This document shows positions 40,938 to 53,889 of a stretch of DNA of 64,000 nt, in pieces. Every line of letters starts with the position of its first letter. The stretch's first letter is position 1. Source of the DNA: Enoplolaimus lenunculus (Eukaryota); assembly GCA_030248215.1 (NCBI GenBank), contig JASANG010001737.1, positions 310,001 through 374,000 on the forward strand, given 5' to 3'. Made by a program: the position numbers and the translations under genes. The notes below the pieces were generated by a model. The model saw nothing but the letters and a program-made list of their open reading frames with translations, made no database searches and was not told where the DNA came from.

Positions 40938-41385
40938 CTGTAGTGACCCGAATAAGAGGAAGAAGCTGATATTTATTTGGAGTCTTCAGAGGAAACCCTT
41001 CTTGTTATTATGTCATATATATACATACTGTTATCTATTTATAACCCGCCCTCTATCGCCTTTTGTTACTGATATATCCGGTATTGAAACTATCCGTTGA
41101 ATTAAACAATTATTAGTCATATCAAAAGCTTGATTGATCATGCAAGGTTACACTTAGGAAGTTACTTTCAAAATAAAAGTACGCTTTTAGGTTTCGAACT
41201 TAACTTTACTTGGTCCTGTAGTCATTTATGCGCTACAATTAGGGATAATTGACACTTATGGTGTCCTGATTATGGTTTAGGGACTCTATCCGCTTACGGA
41301 CTCTTATTAGGGATACAGACTCCAATTGATTGGGACTCAAATTGGGGACCCCCTCTTATTACCCCTCTTATTCGGGTCACTACAG
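40938..41385. mobile_element. Tc2/pogo-like MITE, long form
   Basis: ta|ctgtagtgacccgaataagagg ... cctcttattcgggtcactacag|ta. Related copies lie at ~46809-47225, ~54060-54299, ~54481-54660, ~63338-63718 and ~31480-31580. Confidence 0.85.
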
Positions 41386-41608
41386 TATCGCTGGAAATGG
41401 TAGGTTTACACCACCACATACGGTGTCAATAGCTATTTCCTGCAAATGCTTTTGTGTTAAATTTTATAGCCGCTAGATTTTGATGGCCAAAACCTACTCC
41501 TTGAGAAGACAGTAAAGAATAACGGATAGTTCAGGCGTTTTTAAGATTTTAGTGCAGAATTTCTGAAACGTAGTATAAACTTAAACATAGTGTGCGTTAA
41601 GCTTTAGG

Positions 41609-41816
41609 GGCCAATGTAAGGAACACGGGCGGAGCAGTATTATAAGCCTAAGCCTAAGCCTAAGGCTCAGCCTAAGCCTAAGAGTAACAATGATCCTATT
41701 TCTAAGCCTAAGCGCAAGCCTAAGCCTAACCAAGCAAAAAAAATTAATCTAAAGCTTTAGCTTACTCTATTGCAGTCCTACAGAAAAACGTTCCGCCCCT
41801 GATCTTTACAATGGCC
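41609..41816. mobile_element. TTAGGC-bearing MITE, subfamily 2, reverse orientation
   Basis: ggccaatgtaaggaacacgggcgga ... tccgcccctgatctttacaatggcc with a GCCTAA array. Confidence 0.8.
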
Positions 41817-42250
41817 AGCTTAGGTAAGGCCGTTTGTCTTTAAATATTATTTCATCGAGTGACGTTTTGTAACATGACGTCACATTGATTCGAACCTTTG
41901 TCTCCGATCATTATGCTTAGGCTTAGGGCTTTACCAACTCGCCGACGACAAGTTGTTGAGCAACGAGTGGACGTATAATCCTTATCTCCTGTATACAGCG
42001 GCTGTTTGCAGAAACTTTTTTTACACAATTCATGATTTGGCTAATCAAATGATACATATTGTGTCAAATTTAATACTTAAAAGTGAATTATGTGTTATGT
42101 TAAGTATTACTGTGGTACAGTTTCGCAGTACGCATGCCGACAAACCAATAGACGGCGATGTAAGTGTTGCAACTGTAATTTTATTCGCTGTTACTTGTGC
42201 TCCAATGAAATTTCGTAGCCTTCAAGATTTAATTTTCTGAGGTACCCGTT

Positions 42251-42437
42251 AGGTTGCGCTATACTTTTGTTGACGTCCGGCGTAGTCCGTCACCCGTGCG
42301 GCGCCCTTCGTTACTGTGCGGTATCATACGCAAATAACTCACGTACGATAACGTATGGTGACGGACGTGACGGACGGCGACGTACGGGTGACGGACGGGT
42401 GACGGACGGGTGACGGACGTCGAGCATAGCGCAACTC
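42251..42437. mobile_element. GGTTGCGCTAT-family MITE
   Basis: aggttgcgctatact ... agcatagcgcaactc; same body as 694-858. Degenerate copies also occur near 5275-5410, 23840-23910 and 30020-30163. Confidence 0.8.
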
Positions 42438-43359
42438 TAAACAAAAAATAACACAGCCCCAAATTTTCAGCTTTACAAGACTCCTTAACCACAGCGATAA
42501 TTTTTGTTCTACTAAAAACGTGGTACCCCGTAATGTATACGCAGTAGCAGGCGATGTATATTTGTAAAACAAAGTATTAAACTTTGAACATTTTGACTCA
42601 AAAATTTATAAACCAACCACAAACACATCCTGGTTCAGTTCAAAATTAAATTTGTTTATACAATACTTAAACTTAATAGTTATCTATAGAAGCAGATTAA
42701 CTGTCTACTGGAGTAGAGTTTAAATGACTATGATGCTCGCATGAGTTCTCCGAATTTGACTCAGATTAAAAGTTAGTTTGCTCGCTGGACAGCGTATTGT
42801 AATTTAGAGCAGGGAATGCTGACATGTCTTCGTATAATATTCACCACTTCTAAGTTAAGCTTGTAATGTATATATCAGGGTTCAACGGGAATTCCAGTTC
42901 CGGCCAGAATTCCTGCAAAAATTCAATTCCTGTTCCGGTTCCTGTTCCTGCATTCAAAATAGTACTTTCGAAAATGAGTGTTTTTGCAATTAATTCAATT
43001 CCGTTAATAAACTGTTAGATTAGGAATCTGATATGATTTCGCAAAACTTTCTGACAAAATAGCTGAAAATTCGCTTAAGCTATTTGTGGGCTAGTTGTTT
43101 AAAAAGTTCAACCGTAATTCGTCGGTGCCCCTGAGACCTACTTTTATGCTAGGATTCGAACTCCAGTGACTGGAGTGGGAGGCGTATACTATCACCACTC
43201 AGCTATAGGAGCTTGACGCTCGAGCCCGAGGGGGCTCTCACGTCTTGTGGTGATTTAGTACTGTATATACGTGTTGCAATTGTTAAACACGGTGCGATAT
43301 ATACTATTTAACGTATACACACTGTGCTGAAACTTAACCTACGACTGCATTCAGGCTAT

Positions 43360-44891
43360 CACTGTAAATTCCATTGAGTTGGTTGATCAATTCAGCTAGC
43401 GAGTTGGTTATTTCTGAATTAATATCAGTAAACATTAGCTCACACTGAGTTGAGTTGATTCTCACTCTGAGTTGAGTTGACTCTGGGCGAGTTGAATAAT
43501 TAGCTCAGAATGAATTGAATCAACTCAAATTTCTGAGACCAAATAGTCCTAACTCTGCAGACTGAGTGATTCAAGTTATTCTGAGTTAAAATCAACTCAC
43601 TGAAATTTACAGTGTAGCGGTTTAACTAAATCGTGCTTACCGAAATACTGATTGTATTAACTTCACCAGAACCAAATATGTGTAGCTATGTAATTTTGAA
43701 CGACGTATACAATCAACCAAGAGCCAAAACTTTGTTGGTTAAAAAAGCGTCACAGCGCTGAAACGGTAGGACAGTTCCTATTAAACAGTTTGATTTGTTA
43801 TAATAGGAATTGACACAAACATGGAAACTAAAAGAAAGTTAATTCCTGACAAAAAGTAGTAACCTATTTAAAAGAATGGAGTTGGTTTGAGCCAAGGGAC
43901 ACTACGAAGCACATATATTAATAAACATGACTTCAAACGCATCATACAACTCAGATACACCAAAAATGAATAAACCTGAAATGTTAACACACCGCACTGA
44001 AAAAACTTGGCCAGTTACAACGGTTTTGCCTGCTCCGGCGTATAGGCGAACCCAATTACGCTTCTTTGTAGACAAGATTTTATCTTGGTTCGGGTATAAA
44101 AGTAGGTCCTAACTTCTGCATGTAAACTGTTTATCTTTAAAAATCAGAATCGCTCGTGCTTAATAACACACGTGCAACGCTAACATGTATTGTGGATGGT
44201 GTACACTGTAAATTCCAATGAGTTGATTTTAACACAGACCAAGTTGAATTCACTTAGAAGTCAGAGCTCTGAATTAGGTCTTTCATAACTCAGAATTCTG
44301 AATTGATTGAACTTATTTTGAGTTAATTAATCAAGTCACTCGGAATTAAATCAGCTCAGGGTGAATTAGTATTTACTGTAATTATCTCAGAAATAACCAA
44401 AAATCACTAATTATCTCTTGGAGTTGATTAATCAACTCATCGCAGCTTACAGTGTATTACATAAAAAAAATTACGGCCGATGCTAACTATATGGTCTACT
44501 GCTTACCGTAAACCAAACCTAATCATAAAGCCTAATTCTATTAGCTTACGCCTACACGTATCTGTTGCCCAGTTTCTCTGAACCCGTGCCTCCCATCGGG
44601 CAGGGCCTACAATTAACACTGGCCAAAACTACAAAATCACGTACACTGAAAATTGCAATGAGTCAATTAATCAACTCAGAGAGCTAATTAGTTATTTTTG
44701 GTTAATTCTGATTTAATAACAGTAACTTACTGGGAGCTGATTTAATTCCGTGTGAGTTGTTAGTTAACTCAGAATGAGTTCAATCAATTTACAATTCTGT
44801 CGAATTCTGAAATACCTAATTCAGAGCTGACACTTCAGAGTGGATTCAACTCCTTCTGAGTTAACATGAACTCAGAAACATTACAGCAGTG
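43360..44891. mobile_element. Three CACTG-ended ~250-bp MITEs (43360-43614, 44204-44454, 44644-44891)
   Basis: cactg(t/a)aaatt...atgagt / actca...ttacagtg ends, mostly TA-flanked, with TGAGT/ACTCA-rich interiors. The third ends 7 nt before the first recognised LOXL exon. Confidence 0.75.
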
Positions 44892-44898
44892 TATACAG

Positions 44899-47800
44899 AA
44901 TTCGGATGGGCCACTGTTACAGATCCGATTGACCGGTGGAACCAATCCGTACGGCGGTAACGTTCAAATCTACTTTGTCGGCGCGTGGGGTAACATCTGT
45001 GACGATGACTGGGACGTATTGGACGCGGCGGTTGTATGCAAACAGCTCGGGTTCAGTCAAGGTGTCTCCAGAATAACGACAGATTCGTATTTTGGCGATT
45101 CGCGTAAGTCTGATTGCGCAACGAAATTTCGACGACGCAAATTATTTTTCTATTTGGCCAATGTTATGCTTCTAAAGGCGTAGAGCATATTTGTAATCCT
45201 ATACTTAACTGTAAGCATCAGAGTAAGAATAAAATACAAGCCTAAGTGTTAGCGTAATGTAAAAATTAATCTAAAGCCAAAGCCTGCTTTGACTGTTGTC
45301 ATTTAAATTTGATAGCATTGTACTTTCTGCTCATTAAATTAAAAATTGCTTTATAGATGCGTCGGCCCATGTATAGAACAGGGCCGGATCGTTTTCCTGT
45401 GGGGCGTAAGCATCAGAGTAAGAATAAAATACAAGCCTAAGTGTTAGCGTAATGTAAAAATTAATCTAAAGCCAAAGCCTGCTTTGACTGTTGTCATTTA
45501 AATTTGATAGCATTGTACTTTCTGCTCATTAAATTAAAAATTGCTTAAGAGCGCGGCCCAGAAGAACAGGGCCGAACTTTCCCGGGGGGCAAAAAGGAGG
45601 TCGTTTTTTTTTAACAATTTGCTTAGGCTTAGGCTAAGGCTTAGGCTTAGGCTTAGGCTTAGGAATAGGCTTATACTTACGCTTAGCATTAGCCTTAGGC
45701 TTAGGTTTAGTCTTAGGTTTTAGGCTTAAGCTTAGGAATATACTACTGTTCCGGCCCTGTTCTACACATGGGCCGATGCGTCTTTGGTATATTAAATCTA
45801 CAAGTAGGACCTATGATGGCACTTGAATTTTACGGCGGTGAACCGCGCCGGGCGACATGGAAAAGTGCCGGGCAGGTTTAAAATTGTCTCAAATGCATAG
45901 AACCATCTTGTGCTAAAATGAGCTATTTTAGCTTCTGGATTCGATTGAAGGATTATGGGTGAAGCAAATATATAGGCTTTTTATTAGCTTAATTATTAGA
46001 TTCGGTTAGTACACCGGATCCTTGGCTTGCGGTTCAGTTATTTTGTATTTGGCCTCTAAACACCATGTGACCACACTTTCATATCTGTGCACAGGGCTGG
46101 GTACCGGAAAACGAAGAAAAGGCTTTGTTCGGTTTTTGTAAAGGGATGAAAAAATGGAAGAAACATTTCATAAAAATATTTCATGTTTAGCAATAATTTG
46201 CGTAATAGCGACAAAACGACATCCCAGAAAACTGTAAAAAAATTATGTTTTTCTTAAACGCTTCCCAGCGGGAATTGGTATTGTTTGTCAGGGGAATACC
46301 TGTTTGATTGGTTGGACCAGATGTTTTTACTGTTTGTCTTGCCCGTAGCCGTGATGGAGATGAATTGGAAGCAGACGGAAATTTTTGTTTTTGCAATTTG
46401 AAGCATAATCTTACCACGAGGTTTTAGAAAGATTCCTATATATTTTGGCCCATGTAAAGATCAACGGCGGCGGAACGTTTTTCTGCGGGACTGCAATAGA
46501 GTAAAAGCTTAAGGTTTATACTAATTTTTTGCTTGCATTAGGCTTAGGCTTAGGCGTATGCTTAGCAATAAATTCATTTATACGCTTAGGCTTAGGCTTT
46601 AGGCTTAGGCTTAGGAATATGCTTATAATATTGGTCCTGCCCGGTTCTTTACATTGGCCTATATTTTTAATAAATTCTGATTATATCATATAACAATGAA
46701 ACTACACTCCGTATTATCAGGTTTTTTGCTAAATACCAGTTTTAGGCGTTTGCCATTTTGGCAGCGTGTACCCTATGTTTTATCAAGTGTCTAAATTGTT
46801 AATTTATACTGTAGTGACCCGAATAAGAGGGGGGAGTGATAATTATTTAACCTCTCCAGAATGTGCCCCCTGGTAACTCGGTTACGAATTGAAATTTATT
46901 TTTATCCCACGGTCCACCACCCTTCGTTACTGATAATTATCCGGTACTGCGATTATCCGTTGAATTAATCATTGGTTTGTATTGTTTCGAAAGCTTGAGC
47001 CATAATGCAAGATTATACTTAGCAATGTACTTTCAAAACTTAAGTATGCTTTACAGTTTCGAACTCAACTTCATTTGGGCCTGGAATTATTTATGCACTA
47101 CAATTAGAGATAATTGCCATTTATAGACTGTAATAATGATTTAGGAACTCTATCCGGTTACGGACTCTTATTAAGGATGCAAACTTCCATTGATTGGGAC
47201 TCAACAATGGGTACGACCCCCTCTAGTGTAATTTTTAGTACCGACTTTTTCAATTTTACTATTTTTCCAGAAAAAAACCAACCCTGTGTGTTGCACTAAT
47301 CACCTCTTACTAATGAGTAACTTCAAACCAGTGATTGGCGAGCTGGCTGAAATCAGCACATTTTTTTTGCAAACTGATAAATTTTACAACTTACAATTGT
47401 GGCTTATTTTTACTATTTCAGATCTCATTCATATGGACAACGTCGCATGCACTGGGACAGAGCTTCAGTTGAGTGAATGCAAATTTGATGGCATCGGCGT
47501 TCACGATTGTAGTAATGTTGAAGCCGCTGGTGTGGAATGCATTCCAAATTATCACGATCCAGTGGAACCGAAAATTTACAATTTTCCAACGATCCGTGTA
47601 AGGATGCGCAGTTTAATTGCACTAAATAGATTAATATTGCCTTTTGATACACATTTGTTGAGAAATCTTATATCTCGATATATTGTTTAACAAAATATCA
47701 AAGCTTAATTTTGCCGTAAATATGTTACAATTTAGAAAATTAATTTTAAAATTTCAAAGGTCCTGGTTTTCAGTTTTCGTTGGCTGTAATTGTTTGACAT

Positions 47801-50800
47801 AGAAATCCAGCTTGACTTTTGTTAACTATAATTAATATTAAGGATAGTAAACTTAAAAATTTTCGCTTAACCCTTTCTCACATGAATATTCCCTATTTCC
47901 CCTGAGACCTACTTTTATGCTAGGTTTCGAACTCCAGTGACTGGAGTGGGAGGCGTATACCATCACCACTCAGCTATAGGAGCTTAGCGCTCGAGCCCGA
48001 GGGGGCTCTCACGTCTTGGGGTGATTTAGTACTATGTGTACATTTTGCAATTGTTAAACACGGTGCGATATATACTATTTAACGTATATACACTGCGCTG
48101 AGTTGCCTACAGGCAACTCATGTGAGCAGAGGTTAATAGCTAATCAACCAAAACCTAATAACGTTACAAAATAAGCTAATATATATAACGGCAGATATTT
48201 TTAATTTTTTTGTATATTTCTAGAAAACTTCTAAGTAGTATTAAGAGTCGATAACGACTCCTTTTACAAGAGTGTGCAACTGGGTACACTCTGCGCAGAA
48301 AAAAATGCACCCAGCGCACGTTGCAGTTTTGGCCTACACTCCCTTTATTTAGAGGGGGTACAACTTGCGCGAACCATGGCACTGTACGTATACGGCATCA
48401 AAAATGTTTAACTTATAGTTCAATTTAGGGGTATTGCCGTATGATAGCGACCCCCGGTCTAAATAGGCAGTGTGGTGGGCTAAAAATGGAACGCCTGCTG
48501 GTACATTTTGTATCATGCTAAATCCCCAAGAATTGCGCACTCTGGTATCATGTACTCTTGGTATTATCAAGAGACAGACGCTTTTCATACGCTCTTCTAA
48601 CAGTATTGTCAGAAGTTTTATATTCTATTTTAGGAAAATTTTAACTTATATTACGGTCAACGCTTAAGTATTCGTCTGGACGGCGGACGGCATTCAAACG
48701 AAGGTCGAGTCAGCGTAGCACTGCCTGGATTACACCGATGGGGCACAATTTGTCCGGACAAATGGTCACTTCGTGAAGCCATGGTGGTGTGCCGTAGTCT
48801 TGGATTAGTGTACGCTGACCAGGCTCCAATAACTCATCTGTTTGGAGGTGAAAACGAAACTCAATTGCTCGAGCTCGTGTCTTGTAGCGGTCAAGAGCCA
48901 AGTTTAGAAGATTGTCGAGTCAACAATATGACTGAATATGTAAGCAAATATACAGTGTATCTGACATAAAATGTCAGTTGTGAATTTTTGTACACAAAAG
49001 CATTTAGCTTAGCGAGTGACGTACACTGAAAAAAATGGAGAGTCAAATTGACTCTTTCCGAAATAGGCTTTTCCGGACTACACAAACTGAGTTAAATTCG
49101 ATTTGTTCAAGTTCGACTCACCGAGCGACTTAGTTCAATTTGACTCTGGCGGAGTCGAATTTTGATTCAGTTTGTGCAAAAGCCTATTTCGGAGGGAGTC
49201 AATTTGACTCGCCATTTTTTGCAGTGGACGTTTTAACTGAGGCTTAGGCTTTACAACAGCTTACTCGTTTACAAACAACTGATATGGTTATGTTTTACAT
49301 TTTTTATGAATGTTTTTATTTTTTTATGAATGTTTTTATATTTTTATGAATGTTTTTATTTTTTATGAATGTTTTTATATATTTATGAATGTTTTTATAC
49401 TTTTTTATGAATGTTTTTATTTTTTATGAATGTTTTTATATTTTTATGAATGTTTCTTTTTTTACGAATGTTTTCATATTTTTATGAATGTTTTCATATT
49501 TTTATGAATGTTTTTATATTTTTATGAATGTTTTTATATTTTTATGAATGTTTTTTTTATATTTTTATGAATGCTCCGACTCGCGTAATGTCGCCTCTGT
49601 TGTCTGCACTGACAAACTGCCGGATTTAGTGCCGAACGCTGAATTAATGGCAACATCAGCGCATTTGCACGATCAACCAATGTTTTATTTACAATGTGCA
49701 ATGGAAGAAAACTGCCTGTCTTCGTCTGGATACATAATTCGAGGCACCGATCCAGACTGGGCTCATTCCATGCGGCGTTTGTTACGGTTTTCGACGAGGG
49801 TGGAAAACGTTGGCGATGTTGATTTTAGACCGTTTCTACCCAAAGGATCGTGGGAGTGGCATCAGTGTCATATGCATCATCATTCAATGGAAGTATTTTC
49901 GCATTACGATATTATTGATATTGTTACTGGCGCACGAGTTGCCGAAGGTCACAAGGTTAGTTGACGCACTTGTAAACTTGCCTTCCATCAACAAAGCTTG
50001 AGGTTAGGGTTAGGCTTTTAGGTAACTAAAAAGCTTGCACATGCCTAAACTTGTGCCTCTCCCACCAGCATCTTTGAACTTAGGGTTAGGTTTAGGTATC
50101 GAAAAAGGGTTGCACATGCCTAAACCTATGTCTCTCCCCCCAAGCATCCGTGAACTTAGGATCAGGTTTAGGTATCGAAAAATGCTTAGACATGCCTAAA
50201 CCTACGCCTTTGTCTAAGGCTAAGCCTTAAATTAAATCTGACTCAAAATGTATAACAACCGTAAGTTGGTTTAAATTTTTATGACAGACAAAATATTAAT
50301 ATCTCTTGATTTTAAGAAATGTTTTTGAATACTTTATAGCAATATACTTCTGTAAATTGTATCATGCCTTTGTTATTGGTATAAGCTTTTTCAAAAATTG
50401 GAAATTTTCCGAAAAATAGCCTGTATTCTGATCTACACGGAATGTGCTAGGCGTATATATCCATTCATCTTGGATCATAATTTAGCCCTACCGGTATCAA
50501 TTGAAGTTTGAAATCCCTAGGTTCATGGTTTAAAATTTCATATATCGGTAAGTTTACCACTTATCGCTATTGGTGGTATTATCCGTCCGTCTCTAGATAA
50601 TAAATTCCACACCAAGTTATACGTCAAACATAGTTTTCCACCTCTAGCAATGTTGAATAATGTTTTCTACCCCCAGTGATATTAAATAAATATTTCCGTC
50701 CCCAGCGACGTTAAACAAATTTTTCCACCCCCAGCGATATTAAATAAAGTTTTCGTTTTCCAACCCCAGCGATATTAAATAAATTTTTCCACCCCCAGCG

Positions 50801-53800
50801 ACGTTAAACAAATTTTTCCGCCCCCAGCGATTTTAAATAAAGTTTTCCACCCTTAGTTCAAACAATTAAAGTTATAACTCCTCTGTCAGTGTACAAGGGC
50901 AACACTTTAATTGATCCCAAAAATGCGCAACATTAACTATATTTTTGACCGGATGCTGCTAAAGTTGTTCATTTGAATAAAAACAATTTCTGGTCACCAA
51001 ATTACTATTAACAGCCAGGGGGGGCGAACAAGGATTTCGTTTCGGGAGGATATAACCTCATTTAAATATGCAATATTTGGACTTCTAAAATCAAGAAAAT
51101 TAGTCTAATACTATTTTCTCGTCAATTTGAGTATAGCCCCTCTTAGTATATGCCTTTTTTGACTGCTAGGGTTAACGTTTCATGCACGGTGGTCCATCAT
51201 TTGAAATTAGTTTGACATCCTCGAGTATGGGAGACACTCGAGCGTTGACTTGTGTCATTCACTAAAACAACCACTGTGTAATCAAAAAAATTTTGTTTTC
51301 AAATTTAAAATACTCTCAATCTTTATTTAAATTGATACAAATTGTTATGGATCACAGTTGTGTTGCGCTTGGAATTTGAGATATTTGTGAAATATTTGCA
51401 AAAATATAAATATATATATAGTTATATATATATGTATATATAAATATATATATAGTTATATAGGTATATATATATATTTATATATATATACGTAAAGCAG
51501 AGCGCGGTTGCAACGAAATTTCTGAACAAAGGCCGAGTTTTTGCCTTGCAAGACCCTGACGCATGCGAATAGTTGAGACCCACGTACGATCCGCCGAGCC
51601 CTCGTCGTATGATCCACTGACGCCGCTCATTCGTTCGGTATGAATACCACTTGGATACCTGGTTATATTCAGCAAAAGTCGCCTTTACGTTCACCGAGGT
51701 TCTGTTCTCGGTATACTATTTTCCCGTAGATTACGCAAAACTCAGTAGCTCGCTCACTGCCACCGAATCTATTTCGACCGAATCTACTCTCGTTCGATAA
51801 AGTTCCGTTTGGACTCGTCCATCACAAAAACGCTTGTTTAATTTTAAACGAAGCTGCGTAAATTTTCGTCGAGTCAATTGAATCTTTTCGAACGACAGCT
51901 GCCATGGCTCATGTAAAGATCAGGGGCGGAACGTTTTTTTTCTGCGCGACTGCAATAGAGTAAACTTGAGCTTTAGACCGGTTTTTGTTTAGCCTTACGC
52001 TTAGGTTAGGTGCAAGCTCATTTCTATGCTTAGGCATAGGATTATGCGTAGGATCAGGAATATGCTTATACCACTGTTATGACCCTGTTATTTTACATTG
52101 GTTACTCGCCGCTTTAGGCAAGTTTCTGTCTTGAAGACTCGAACTGCGAGCATGGGGTGTCCAAAACCTATGCATGCGCAAACTATGGGGATCAGGGTAT
52201 TTCGGTCGGTTGCTGGGACGAATATTTACATGATATCGATTGCCAGTGGATTGATATTACAGACGTCGGGCCTGGCGATTATATTTTTAAGGTTAACCTT
52301 GATTTGTGGCCAATGTTACTTTGAGGGAGCGTAACACTAATAAAGGTGTATTCCCAAGCATAAGTCTAGGCCTCAGCGTCAGGATAATCTAAGGCTAAGC
52401 CTGACCCTATGCCTAAGTCATAGGAATAATTCTAAATCTAAGCTGAAGCAAAAAATTTGACTCTAGGCCTCAGCGTCAGGATAATCCAAAATCGAAAGCT
52501 AAGCCTTACCCTACGCCTAAGTCTAGGAATAATCCTAAACCTAAGCTGAAGCAAAAAACTTGACTAAAGCTTATGCTTACTCTATCAGAGTATAGCTGAA
52601 AAACTGTACACCCCTCAAAGGAGCAATGGTTTGGTTTGCTGTGTTATAGCTAATTCATAATTGTCGCGGGTAGGGCAAATCGCTAGTGCGCTAAAGCTTC
52701 GACATTTGGCTGTCATCTGTTTAGCAAGGCTATTTCGTTGATTGTCCAATAATTATTGCTTGCTGTGTTCAACTGCAAAGTGCTTAGACAGCACATCAAC
52801 GAACCTCATCCAGTCAGCAAATGAAAAATTGTACGATTTCAACGTAATTTGCAACTGTTCTGACCATAAAAAATAACAAAATTTACGGTATTTCTGTAAC
52901 GGAAACGGAAACGATTGTCCGATTACATTCTGGAGAAACATTTATTGGTGTTGATTGTACTACAAATGGTGTGGTTTAAAATGCCGTAATGGCAATGGCT
53001 AGAAAAATACAGTACCGTAATACCCTTAACATTGTTTAAAAATTGTAGTTTAATTCTTCAATATTTTGAAACTAAATTCAAGGGCGAAACGTTCTTCAGG
53101 GAGGTGCCCAATAGTGTAAGCTTAAGTTTTAGTCTAATTTTTTGCGTTTAGCTATAAGCTCATTTTATTACGCTTATGATTTCGCTTTGGTTTAGGAATA
53201 TGCTATAATATACTACTGTTACAGCCCTGTTCTTTGAACATTGGCCGTGAAAATTCCAAGAGTGATTTTTAGATAGTTCAGGGCGATCGCTTTGATCCCA
53301 ATGTACAGAAATATATTTATGAAGGTAGGGTAGAAATAAAGGCAGAGGTACGGAATACGATCCCCATGGGATTGTGATAAAAAGTGGTCTATCCTATAGA
53401 TCTCGACGAGCTGAATTCAATGGTACCATTCTTATGGCTGCATAACCAATGGTTCAGAAGATATGTTCCTCAAAATTATGGTACATAACTCGCACAGATT
53501 GGACCGGCCGTCATTATCGTTCACATGTAAATATAAGTTTAACCAGGTTTATTCCTTACACAAATTTGATTGTTGTTTGTGCATGTTTTATATGGTGAAA
53601 AGTTAAGATTTAAAGGACCATAACTATAGAACTAGGGACCCTGCAGCACTAAAATTGGCACAGTTGATCGCGCGTCGAAATCTATAAAATGAACTGTTTT
53701 TATTAAATTCCTAGGGGGTCCGAAACAAATTCTGTCACTAAAAAGGATGCTGGTGTTTTTGTTTAGGTTACAATTAATCCTGAATACAAAGTTGCCGAAA

Positions 53801-53889
53801 AAGATTACACAAATAACGCAGTGACGTGTGACATGAGCTACAATATGATTCAATTGTCTATACGAAATTGTACTTATGGTTTGCCTTAA
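44899..53889 (+). CDS. LOXL: Lysyl oxidase-like protein (2 SRCR domains plus LOX catalytic domain); signal-peptide exon not located
   Basis: Exons 44899-45103 and 47422-47597 form SRCR1 (IRLTGG...[22 protein letters not shown]...[10 protein letters not shown]...EAAGVEC). Exon 48634-48939 is SRCR2 (IRLDGG...EGRV...WGTICPDKW). Exon ~49569-49955 carries [16 protein letters not shown], the Cu-binding [13 protein letters not shown] and AEGHK. Exon 52118-52291 encodes ASFCLED...[19 protein letters not shown]. Exon 53767-53889 encodes [21 protein letters not shown] to the stop. The LTQ-forming Lys and Tyr positions are conserved. Confidence 0.93.
45364..45774. mobile_element. TTAGGC-bearing MITE, subfamily 2
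   Basis: TIR ggcccatgtatagaacagggccgga / tccggccctgttctacacatgggcc; perfect 8-bp TSD gatgcgtc (45356-45363, 45775-45782). Confidence 0.9.
46447..46659. mobile_element. TTAGGC-bearing MITE, subfamily 2
   Basis: Family TIRs; perfect 8-bp TSD tatatttt. Confidence 0.9.
47871..48132. mobile_element. piggyBac-like MITE with tRNA-like module (module on minus strand, ~47910-47983)
   Basis: ttaa|ccctttctcacatg ... catgtgagcagagg|ttaa; reverse complement of the 13427-13689 copy. A partial copy lies at ~43128-43330. Confidence 0.85.
49024..49226. mobile_element. CACTG-ended palindromic MITE, same family as 38874-39237
   Basis: cactgaaaaaaatggagagtcaaattgactc ... gagtcaatttgactcgccattttttgcagtg. Confidence 0.85.
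49298..49572. repeat. ~20-bp AT-rich minisatellite (TTTTTATATTTTTATGAATG) abutting a LOXL exon
   Basis: About 14 copies; the last runs into GAA TGC TCC GAC. Confidence 0.93.
50628..50856. repeat. ~30-bp tandem repeat (ccacccccagcgatattaaataaatttt)
   Basis: About 7-8 degenerate copies. Other tandem duplications of telomere-like units lie at ~50000-50215, ~52365-52565 and ~55187-55368. Confidence 0.8.
51906..52103. mobile_element. TTAGGC-bearing MITE, subfamily 2, ending just upstream of a LOXL acceptor
   Basis: ggctcatgtaaagatcaggggcgga ... gaccctgttattttacattggtt. Confidence 0.7.

Noticed and set aside
39561..44112. Candidate signal-peptide or first exons of LOXL (39561-, 42120-42241, 44014-44093)
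   Set aside because: None gave a convincing in-frame, phase-0 join to exon 44899, so this was left unresolved.
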